Source: Leptospira sp.
Lineage (GTDB): Bacteria > Spirochaetota > Leptospiria > Leptospirales > Leptospiraceae
Assembly (NCBI GenBank): GCA_034439575.1
Contig: JAWXAQ010000016.1
Coordinates: forward strand, 64,001 to 128,000
DNA: 64,000 nt
Direction of reading: 5' to 3'
Shown piece after piece: positions 38,824 through 46,349 of this stretch. The position numbers and the translations under genes are program-made. The number at the start of each line of letters is the position of its first letter. Position 1 is the stretch's first letter. The notes below the pieces were generated by a model. That model ran no database searches. It saw only the letters and a program-made list of their open reading frames with translations, and was not told the origin of the DNA.

Positions 38824-39833
38824 AAACTCTATACTTGTTTGGTGCAGGTGCTAGTGCAGATGCAGTTCCAGTTGTCGGAGGTATAACTTTTTTCTGGGAT
38901 AAGTATTTCAAAAAGGAAACAGCAAAATTTCATAAAAGCGTGTATAAAAAAATTGATTCGCCTTTATTAGAAGATATAGACAAATTAATTGATGAGACTA
39001 AAGACTTCGGAACTCCAGATGTTTATGCAAAGTCAGTAGCTCTATCAAAAGGAATTTTTTCAAAAGAATATCGAATTGTTAAGACAGCTTTAAATTACTT
39101 TATAATATTATGCTATCTAGTAAATGAAATAGATAAAAGATATTTTTCTTTTTTTTCCGCACTTGTAGATTCAGAAAATAAAAATTCACACATATTGCAT
39201 AAAGATGTATTTATCGCAACTTGGAATTATGACTTTCAAATAACAAAATCCATTTCTATTTTGTTGAACAAAAATTTAACTGATATAAATCATTTGCTAT
39301 ATAATAAGTTATTTAGAATAAATGGTTACGCTGGTTCTTTGAGAGGAACCGTAGATAACAGAGAAAGTTTTCGTCTAACACAACCTGAAAATGAAAACGA
39401 TAATTATATTTTTAGATCAAGTTTTCCAGCAAGCATAGTTAAGGATATTAATGATTCATATGCTCGCATAATGGAAGATAAAAATTTAATATATCACAAC
39501 ATTTCCTTTGCCTGGGAACCACTAAATTTTAATTTAGAGAGACAACAGATTTTTCCTTTTCTAGATCAAATTAAAGTTTTAGTTGTAATAGGTTACTCTT
39601 TCCCAACCTTTAATAGATTTATTGATAAAGAATTAATCTCCAAGATGATAAATCTTGAAAAAATTTACATTCAAGATCCGAGTGATAGTATTGAAAACAG
39701 AATTATTCCATTCCTTGATATAAGAATGCCAGTCTATAAAATATCCAGGGATTCAGAACAGAAAAGTTATTACGATATTGAACATATAAAACACCCTGAC
39801 CAATTCTTTATCCCTCCAGAACTCGACCAGTAG
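38820..39833 (+). CDS. SIR2-like (NADase-type) domain protein, probable anti-phage effector
   Basis: YLFGAGAS, ATWNYD, RINGYA, VVIGYSF. Confidence 0.75.
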   Translation: MKTLYLFGAGASADAVPVVGGITFFWDKYFKKETAKFHKSVYKKIDSPLLEDIDKLIDETKDFGTPDVYAKSVALSKGIFSKEYRIVKTALNYFIILCYLVNEIDKRYFSFFSALVDSENKNSHILHKDVFIATWNYDFQITKSISILLNKNLTDINHLLYNKLFRINGYAGSLRGTVDNRESFRLTQPENENDNYIFRSSFPASIVKDINDSYARIMEDKNLIYHNISFAWEPLNFNLERQQIFPFLDQIKVLVVIGYSFPTFNRFIDKELISKMINLEKIYIQDPSDSIENRIIPFLDIRMPVYKISRDSEQKSYYDIEHIKHPDQFFIPPELDQ

Positions 39834-39848
39834 AAAATCTTTGCCCTC

Positions 39849-39972
39849 CAATATCTCTAGCTAGAGTGCGACTTTGAGGGCTTCCCAATATCGCGTACAT
39901 GCACGCGACATGCCAGCTCCAATATCGCTAGCTGGAACGCGATTTCAATATCGCTAGTTAGAGTGCGATATT
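39849..39972. repeat. Four 23-bp iteron-like quasi-palindromic repeats
   Basis: CAATATCGC-N10-GCGA consensus at 39849, 39886, 39920 and 39946 (first copy reads CAATATCTC). Confidence 0.85.
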
Positions 39973-40132
39973 ATATAGAAAAGAACAATGAAAGGTACAA
40001 CCTTAGTGAAAAAAGAAGAGAAGATCGCTGAATGCGATAATATAGAATTCTAGTATAAAATTCGAATTAACTAGGAAAATTGAGATTGCCGAATGTATTG
40101 ATTAAGTCGAATAGTATAGAAGAGTTAAAAAT

Positions 40133-40858
40133 ATGACAATTCCAGAAGCAGAAAGGAAATCTAAGTATATTTTAGATAATTATTTATTTTCTATTTTTGC
40201 AAGAAAGGATGATTTTACAATTCATAGCCATAGACGTGAAATGCTAAAAATTGTAAATTCTGGTAAGGCGACTCCTGATGATTGGTATGCCCTTGCTATT
40301 TTAGAATTCAATTTAGGTAACTATTCTGAGTCGATGAAAACCTTGAAAGGTTTATCTACTGTATCACCAGAGTTCCGAAATATCTATGCTTATGCTCAAC
40401 TAACGCTTGTTCAAAATTCAATTTCTATTTCCAAAAGTGAATCTGCAATTTTGAATGAATTCTTTACAGGGACAAATTTAATTAAGCCAGATAAATTACT
40501 TTATCAAATGATAAAGAATTCTATTCAATCTAACAATTCTCGGTTTGGTTTGAAAAAAGATATTATTATCAAAGTTGAATATTTCAATCCTAAGAATTTT
40601 AAATTAACGTCTGGTCCATTTGAATTTTCTGAAAATATCGAACCGTCAAATGAATTGGATCATGGATCAAACATTGGAAGTGTATTTGATTTGAATCTTC
40701 AAATCTATATACTAAACAATGGATTAGAAGAAAAACATAGAAAGTTTTTAATTGATTATTTGGACGAAAATGAAATTGATCAACTAATTACCGAAAATAC
40801 AGCAGAAGATTTAAAAACAGAACGTGACTATTCTGAATATACTCTATTGAATATTTGA
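40133..40858 (+). CDS. Hypothetical protein with a TPR-like helix pair
   Basis: DWYALAILEFNLGNYSESMKTL. Confidence 0.65.
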   Translation: MTIPEAERKSKYILDNYLFSIFARKDDFTIHSHRREMLKIVNSGKATPDDWYALAILEFNLGNYSESMKTLKGLSTVSPEFRNIYAYAQLTLVQNSISISKSESAILNEFFTGTNLIKPDKLLYQMIKNSIQSNNSRFGLKKDIIIKVEYFNPKNFKLTSGPFEFSENIEPSNELDHGSNIGSVFDLNLQIYILNNGLEEKHRKFLIDYLDENEIDQLITENTAEDLKTERDYSEYTLLNI

Positions 40859-40871
40859 TAAGTATTTTTCG

Positions 40872-41105
40872 ATGATAGTCCGGATCAGCCCTCATATACG
40901 TGAACTATTCGATAAACTCAAAAATGAAGATAGAAATTTCAGATTTAATCAGCAGAAAATATTGGATAAAGTAATATTTGATAGGTTCTTAAATAAGAAA
41001 TTCAATTTTAGGTTTGATACAACAGAACATGGACCTTTTAAAATTTTTTTAGAAGTGACACGAGACGGAATTTTCATTTCTGATTTGCGACAAGATATTC
41101 CTTAA
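40872..41105 (+). CDS. Small protein with a weak RelE/ParE-like pattern
   Basis: MIVRISPHIRELFDKL start, beta-rich C-terminus. Confidence 0.45.
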   Translation: MIVRISPHIRELFDKLKNEDRNFRFNQQKILDKVIFDRFLNKKFNFRFDTTEHGPFKIFLEVTRDGIFISDLRQDIP

Positions 41106-41179
41106 ACACCGTTTGGGAATCTCATAAATGGTAAAATTTGCACTTGTACTTTTTTCTTTATTCTGAAAAGTAGGTTAAT

Positions 41180-41220
41180 AAAAAACGAGCGGCTCTTACG
41201 AACCGCCCGATTTTAGTTTT
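41180..41220 (-). terminator. Intrinsic terminator, possibly bidirectional
   Basis: Minus strand CGGGCGGTTC-GTAA-GAGCCGCTCG followed by T6. Confidence 0.75.
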
Positions 41221-41250
41221 CGCATATTTAGAAGGGGTCTAACTGTCAGG

Positions 41251-41379
41251 CTATTTCCCTTTCTTCTCTTTCTGAGTTAACGCAGAAGCCGCCACGGACT
41301 TTTGCGCTTGAGTGCTTTTCGGGTTGCTAAGAATCTTGGCAGCCTGAGAAGCAACTTTCTTTGAAGTTTCTTTACTCAT
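41251..41379 (-). CDS. 42-aa basic peptide
   Basis: AAGGAGGTGA RBS; MSKETSKKVASQAAKILSNPKSTQAQKSVAASALTQKEKKGK; own terminator. Confidence 0.7.
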   Translation of the reverse strand: MSKETSKKVASQAAKILSNPKSTQAQKSVAASALTQKEKKGK

Positions 41380-41404
41380 AATATTCACCTCCTTGATCAT
41401 ATAA

Positions 41405-41569
41405 ATGAATCCAAATAAGCCAACTGATCCAGTCGGTGAATTATGTCGTATTATGCTAGAATTCAAAAATGAGAAAATCGGTCTAGTCGATTCGGATAAT
41501 TATGAATATAATGTAATCGGAAGAAATGGACAAATTAAACTAACTTGTGATTATGTGAGTAAAGACTAA
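41405..41569 (+). CDS. Possible 54-aa protein (not in ORF track)
   Basis: MNPNKPTDPVGELCRIMLEF...; no clear RBS. Confidence 0.3.
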   Translation: MNPNKPTDPVGELCRIMLEFKNEKIGLVDSDNYEYNVIGRNGQIKLTCDYVSKD

Positions 41570-41587
41570 CAGGTTTAGGTTCCAAAT

Positions 41588-42514
41588 ATGAAATTAATTC
41601 AGTTTTTCACTTCTCTTTTGCTTTTGTTATTTTTGGGCTGTTACACTGTTAAAGAATCTAAAAGAGAGCCTATACCTTTACCTGAAGCTGAAAAAGTTCT
41701 TTTATCAACTAATGAAAATTTGATTAAAGAAGAAGAAAAGAAAATCAAAGTGTATAGATCCGGTGATAATATAGTTTTTGAAATTGTAATCGAAGAAGTT
41801 TCGAAGAAGATGATTTCGAAAAAATATTTCGGCAAAGAGAAAGTTGAATACGAGACAGAGAGTACTTGGTCTAGAGTAATGGATGAACCTCCAAGAGCTA
41901 ACGGATGGGAAAGGCTTTTTGTTTATACTGGACTCGCAACATGGGGAGCAACTGCCATCCCAGTTTGGCTTTTAGAACTTCCGACACTGCCTTTTCGATT
42001 AACTCCAGATATTATTGAAAAACCAATAGAGCAAATAGAAACAAAAGAAATATCTCGAGTTAAATTGAAAGTAAAGGATCCTTATATAATTAATACTAGG
42101 TGCTTTGCTCTTATCACTCACCTTGGGAAAACTACAATCCCAGCAAGTGGCTTCGTAAATTCTTTGGGAATTAAAACAACTCAAAGAGTTGCTTTTGTTG
42201 AAGGAGAAAACGGCGAAGCTTTATCTGAAGAAGAGGAAATTGATTTTAGCTCAATTCTCACAAAGAAAGAAAAAGATATCATATCCGAACGTCAAAATAA
42301 TCCAGAGATTCCAAGATTGGTTTATGATTCACTCAGTTCAGGAGATGATATGGATACTATCATTTCATGGTTAGGTGAAGGAGAATCCATTCTCGAAAAC
42401 ATAGGATCAGGATTTGATATCATTTCTTACAGATATCGAAATCGGGACAAGTCAACAGTTCAGCTAATATTTATGAATGGCGAACTCAAAACCAAGCAAT
42501 GGTTTTCAAATTAA
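41588..42514 (+). CDS. Lipoprotein (prophage cargo)
   Basis: MKLIQFFTSLLLLLFLG-C; SmpA/BLIP-like C-terminal pattern. Confidence 0.7.
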   Translation: MKLIQFFTSLLLLLFLGCYTVKESKREPIPLPEAEKVLLSTNENLIKEEEKKIKVYRSGDNIVFEIVIEEVSKKMISKKYFGKEKVEYETESTWSRVMDEPPRANGWERLFVYTGLATWGATAIPVWLLELPTLPFRLTPDIIEKPIEQIETKEISRVKLKVKDPYIINTRCFALITHLGKTTIPASGFVNSLGIKTTQRVAFVEGENGEALSEEEEIDFSSILTKKEKDIISERQNNPEIPRLVYDSLSSGDDMDTIISWLGEGESILENIGSGFDIISYRYRNRDKSTVQLIFMNGELKTKQWFSN

Positions 42515-42545
42515 GAAATTTAAAAAATTAAAAGGAACTCACAAC

Positions 42546-43238
42546 ATGAAAAAACTTATCTTTATACTCGTAACGTTTTCTATTATTCTAAACTGCGCAT
42601 CTTCCAACAACGGCGAAAAGAAAGCGGACACCGAAAATGAGACTAAGATCCGTAACACGGAAGTATGGGCGGATTTGAAAGATCTAAATACTGAAAAAAA
42701 ATATACTACAAGTGGATATTCTATAAATCGAAAATCTAAGATTCAAAATTTCTTATTAATGTCTAATTTGAATATTAATTTGGAACAGGTCGAAATTACG
42801 TTCCTTGAAACTAATTCTTTTTATACTGTGCCAGTTGCGGCCTTCAGCATAAACAATAAATCACGTTACGAATTAATTAACTGCTTAGGAAAATTTATCG
42901 AATGGGACAAAATCGCTATTCTAAATAATGATAAAGTAGAAAAGGAAATTTGCTCAATAGATTACAGTAGTGATCCAGAAAGATCACCTTTACTTCAGGT
43001 GAATGGTAAGTTTAAAATAACCTTATTTACAGATTCCCCTAAAAAAAACGCAGCTAGATTTGATTTTGGAGAAATCCGTGATCCAAACGATGATTCTAAA
43101 TTAAGAAGATTTGATTTTCATTATTTAAATAAAAATGAAATCATAGGATTAATGAATTCCCTTACAGATAAAGAAATATCCAAGCAAGTGTTCGCTTACA
43201 TTAAAAAAGAACGAGCTACCCAAAGGAGATACAAATAG
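42546..43238 (+). CDS. Lipoprotein (prophage cargo)
   Basis: MKKLIFILVTFSIILN-C spirochaetal lipobox; AAAGGA RBS. Confidence 0.75.
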   Translation: MKKLIFILVTFSIILNCASSNNGEKKADTENETKIRNTEVWADLKDLNTEKKYTTSGYSINRKSKIQNFLLMSNLNINLEQVEITFLETNSFYTVPVAAFSINNKSRYELINCLGKFIEWDKIAILNNDKVEKEICSIDYSSDPERSPLLQVNGKFKITLFTDSPKKNAARFDFGEIRDPNDDSKLRRFDFHYLNKNEIIGLMNSLTDKEISKQVFAYIKKERATQRRYK

Positions 43239-43275
43239 AAAATATTCACTTTTTCTCCTTTTCCTCTTTTTTCTC

Positions 43276-43303
43276 TTGACACAAATTAAGCTCTCGCTAG
43301 AAT
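43276..43303 (+). promoter_or_regulatory. Near-consensus sigma70 promoter
   Basis: TTGACA-N16-TAGAAT, followed by AAAGGAGGTG RBS. Confidence 0.65.
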
Positions 43304-43329
43304 AATGTCATCCTAAAAGGAGGTGAACG

Positions 43330-43518
43330 ATGGCGACTAAAGATTTAGCTTATATGAAAATCAGCAAAGATCTAGTTAAACAGGCAAATGTTTCCTATGC
43401 GAAAGTTAAAAATGATATTTTAACTCAAGAAGGAATTGTTACCGAAGCATTAGAATTCTTTGTAGAAAATTTTCCGAAAGTCGCCGAGAGCCAAATTAAA
43501 AGAAAACAATCGGCTTGA
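43330..43518 (+). CDS. 62-aa ribbon-helix-helix-like DNA-binding protein
   Basis: Beta strand AYMKIS then two helices (KDLVKQANVSYAK; QEGIVTEALEFF). Confidence 0.6.
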   Translation: MATKDLAYMKISKDLVKQANVSYAKVKNDILTQEGIVTEALEFFVENFPKVAESQIKRKQSA

Positions 43519-43527
43519 GGCGTTAAG

Positions 43528-43557
43528 CCTTCCCATAGTTGAATTGTTATGTCTGAT
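43528..43557 (+). other. dif-like Xer site A with 8-bp central region
   Basis: CCTTCCCATAG-TTGAATTG-TTATGTCTGAT. Confidence 0.6.
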
Positions 43558-43628
43558 TAGAAGTATCAAAGAAACCTTTCCCTGAGCCTTGTAAAGGGCT
43601 ACGAGACAGAATTTCGGGAATAACCTCT

Positions 43629-43656
43629 ATGCGACATAAGATTGATTATGGGAAGT
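43629..43656 (-). other. dif-like Xer site B (28 bp, 6-bp central region); candidate chromosomal dif or attR
   Basis: Minus strand ACTTCCCATAA-TCAATC-TTATGTCGCAT fits the 11-6-11 dif architecture (CATAA...TTATG core). Confidence 0.8.
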
Positions 43657-43676
43657 GCCATATTGCGTCACGTAAT

Positions 43677-43730
43677 AATCTACTCCAAATGCTAGTCGTT
43701 GCATCATCTAAGAATCTACTCCAAATGCTA
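43677..43730 (+). repeat. 18-bp perfect direct repeat with 36-bp period
   Basis: AATCTACTCCAAATGCTA at 43677 and 43713. Confidence 0.85.
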
Positions 43731-43817
43731 ACCTGAGACGACTAGACTTTCCCATGGTCTTTCACATAACAGTATGATAACCTAAGTATTTTTAGATGCC
43801 TTTTGGAGAAAAGTAAC

Positions 43818-44615
43818 ATGAAAAAAATATCAAACAATACGAAATGGAAAATTAGTCTCTTTCTGCTTTCTAGCTTATTGAATTGTAATCCCGATTCCGG
43901 CAAAAAAGAAAACGAAGATCTAACGAACCTTTTATTATTAAACCAACTCACTTCTGCAACAGTAGCATCAACTTTTTCATGTACTTTGCCAGACACAGCG
44001 ACTGGCGGACCCCGCTGTTTTGATTATGGTACATCGACATCATCCAGCAGTGCGAGATCCCATTGTTCTACAAATTCAGGCACATTTTCAGCAACTTCAG
44101 CTTGTTCAACGACTAGAAATTCCGTAGGAACTTGTTCTGGGACAATTACTTCTTCAGGAATTTCCGTAAAGATTAATTATTTTGACTACTATAAAAGTTT
44201 TTCCAATTTTGCATCTAGTATTACTGTCGTTATTAATGCATTAGGATCTAACTCTACAGTATATGGAGTTGCAGACCGCTGTAGTATAAATGATGGAATC
44301 ACTAGTGGCGCAACAACTGTGCTTTCGACCAAATCTCCTCGAATTCGATTCGTTAATAACAGCGGGATTTCAGAAACGCATACATTTCATACTTCAACTG
44401 CTTGTGGCGCTGGAACAAAATATGCTACTTATGGAACAATTGCTAATGGAATTACAGGATCCTATATGACACTCACTGAAAGGACTTTACCTAGCTCTAT
44501 TAGCAGTAGTGATGGAGCCAATTGCTCTACTCTATCATATTTTTTCTCAAACGGAAATGTTTGGACATCAACTTCTACCCCAACAAATTCTTCAGTAGCG
44601 GCTACTATAGAATAA
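43818..44615 (+). CDS. Ser/Thr/Cys-rich lipoprotein
   Basis: Signal ending LSSLLN-C; NLLLLNQL motif common in Leptospira lipoproteins. Confidence 0.75.
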   Translation: MKKISNNTKWKISLFLLSSLLNCNPDSGKKENEDLTNLLLLNQLTSATVASTFSCTLPDTATGGPRCFDYGTSTSSSSARSHCSTNSGTFSATSACSTTRNSVGTCSGTITSSGISVKINYFDYYKSFSNFASSITVVINALGSNSTVYGVADRCSINDGITSGATTVLSTKSPRIRFVNNSGISETHTFHTSTACGAGTKYATYGTIANGITGSYMTLTERTLPSSISSSDGANCSTLSYFFSNGNVWTSTSTPTNSSVAATIE

Positions 44616-44620
44616 AAAAA

Positions 44621-44770
44621 CTTTGGGCACCCTGAAGTCCTTGCTTTGCAAGTGCTTCGGCCCCGCTCTCCGCTCCAATCTTCCACATAATTCTGATTAA
44701 ATGAATCCATTCTATTATATCTGGAAGGATTTCCGCTAGGATCGGTGGTGCGGAATTTTTCGTTAGCCGG
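44621..44770. repeat. Structured intergenic REP/MITE-like element between convergent genes
   Basis: CTTGC-TTT-GCAAG hairpin; CCGCTCCAATCTTCCA...TGGAAGGATTTCCGCT arms; resembles Leptospira interspersed repeats (from memory). Confidence 0.55.
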
Positions 44771-44779
44771 AGAAATACG

Positions 44780-45166
44780 TTATGGTAAATCTAGAAGTTT
44801 TGCTTTTTTAATATCACAAGTTAGGCCAATTGTAATAAAACTGTCAGCAATGATAAAAAACGAATTGATTTTTTTTACACAATCGTCCACCGAATCTTGT
44901 TCGTAATATTCCGAATCTTCAATATTGGCAACAATCGGAACTATAGCTTCATTGATCGCAGTGACAATTGTAGCGAATCCATATGAATAATCTGGATCTG
45001 TCAAGATTAAATAAAGAGTATCAAATGTACTGGCAGATTCAACTAACTTTTTTTTGGCATCTTTGCCTTTGATATTATTTGAACTAAGATCACCAAATCC
45101 TGGTTGGTTGCATTGGAAAAGGAATATAAGAGAAAATAGAGAAACTGTTTTTTTAAATGTACTCAT
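44780..45166 (-). CDS. Small Leptospira-type lipoprotein (TIGR04452-like)
   Basis: LIFLFQ-C; IKGKDAKKKL...YYEQDSVDDC. Confidence 0.65.
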   Translation of the reverse strand: MSTFKKTVSLFSLIFLFQCNQPGFGDLSSNNIKGKDAKKKLVESASTFDTLYLILTDPDYSYGFATIVTAINEAIVPIVANIEDSEYYEQDSVDDCVKKINSFFIIADSFITIGLTCDIKKAKLLDLP

Positions 45167-45287
45167 AATAGGTGTTAACTATTGTCATTTAATGCAAACG
45201 CACATAATGCGTCAAATATTTGACAAGTTAAGTTAATAGATAAAATCAGGATTGAAAGTAAAGGACTTGCTCTGATAAGAATATAAA

Positions 45288-46349
45288 TTAACCCTCCCAG
45301 TCCCAAAAAAAATCTTTATTGCTTAGTTCTTCTTTTTTTGATGAAGTTTTTTCATCTATTGTGACTTCATCCTTCTCGTCTAACATTTCAAAACTATTAC
45401 CCATTTTTTCTAAATCTAATGTTTCATTTAACCAATATTCTTCTGTTCCAAAATGGGGAAACAAATTAGGGAATGAAGGGTCTTGCCAACGTTTTGCGAT
45501 CCAGGCGGCATAATGAACATAACGAATGCCACGTAATGGTTCAATAAGTTTTAACCAGGAGTGAGAAAAATCAGAAAATTCTTTATATCCTTCAAAAAAT
45601 AGCTCACGTTCATATTCTTCCTTTTTCCCACCAAACGGCAGCAACATCCAAAAATCTTGGATCACAGGACCTTCTAGAAAATCATCAAAATCTAATATGG
45701 AAAATCCTTCCTTTGAATAGAGTAAATTCCCTTTGTGGCAGTCCCCATGAATCCTTTGAAATGGAATATCTTGGATTTTTAGAATATCTTCGTACGTTTG
45801 AAAGGTAATGTGTGCCGCCTTTTCATATCGTTTGAGAAGATTTTGATTTTGAATCCAAGACCCTTCTTTGATTAGTTCCAAAGCAAGTCCTGCATAATGA
45901 GTGATATCTAGTTTAGGTCGATATAAACTTTTTTTTGATTTACCAACGAGGTGGATTCTACCAAGCAATCGTCCCAATTGGACTAGGTCGGCTTCTGCAA
46001 TTTCTTCAATGATTCTACCAGTACGAAGTGGCCAAACAGCGAAGAGTATATTGTCATATTCGAATATAGATTGGTTTGATTCATCTTTAATGGGTGTTAG
46101 AACTGGGATTTCTTGTGCTTGCAACTCGTCTAAAAAGTTATGTTCTTCTTGGATTTGATCTTTTGTCCAGCGATGTGGTCTGTAGTATTTTACTACATAA
46201 CGGACATTGCCTTCCACTTCGATATCATAAACTCTGTTTTCTACGCTGTTTAATGGAATACATCTACCTGTTGGTTCAAAGCCAATAGTTTCCATAGACT
46301 TGAGTAAAAAATCGGGATCTAGTCTTTGGAATGAATTTTCAGATAACAC
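45288..46349 (-). CDS. srkA: Stress response Ser/Thr kinase SrkA/RdoA
   Basis: LNSVENRVY, VKYYRPHRW, RIHGDCHKGN, DFDD, WIAKRWQDPSFP. Confidence 0.9.
   Translation of the reverse strand: MLSENSFQRLDPDFLLKSMETIGFEPTGRCIPLNSVENRVYDIEVEGNVRYVVKYYRPHRWTKDQIQEEHNFLDELQAQEIPVLTPIKDESNQSIFEYDNILFAVWPLRTGRIIEEIAEADLVQLGRLLGRIHLVGKSKKSLYRPKLDITHYAGLALELIKEGSWIQNQNLLKRYEKAAHITFQTYEDILKIQDIPFQRIHGDCHKGNLLYSKEGFSILDFDDFLEGPVIQDFWMLLPFGGKKEEYERELFFEGYKEFSDFSHSWLKLIEPLRGIRYVHYAAWIAKRWQDPSFPNLFPHFGTEEYWLNETLDLEKMGNSFEMLDEKDEVTIDEKTSSKKEELSNKDFFWDWEG

Larger units (their letters stand above)
1..43656 (+). mobile_element. Tailed prophage (siphovirus-like), left end beyond the window; right end proposed at the dif-like site
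   Basis: Co-oriented, tightly overlapping early, terminase, portal, capsid, tail, fibre and lysis genes; host-type genes begin after about 43.7 kb. Confidence 0.93.

Noticed and set aside
39849-39972. CRISPR mini-array
   Set aside because: Units are degenerate dyads separated by only 3-14 bp with irregular period, and there are no cas genes.
41440-41560. Additional dif-like sites suggested by repeated TTATG/ATAA words
   Set aside because: Arms and spacing do not form an 11-6-11 site, and the region may encode a short ORF.
43677-43730. CRISPR repeat-spacer unit or prophage att core
   Set aside because: Only two 18-bp copies with an 18-bp gap; adjacent copies cannot be attL and attR.
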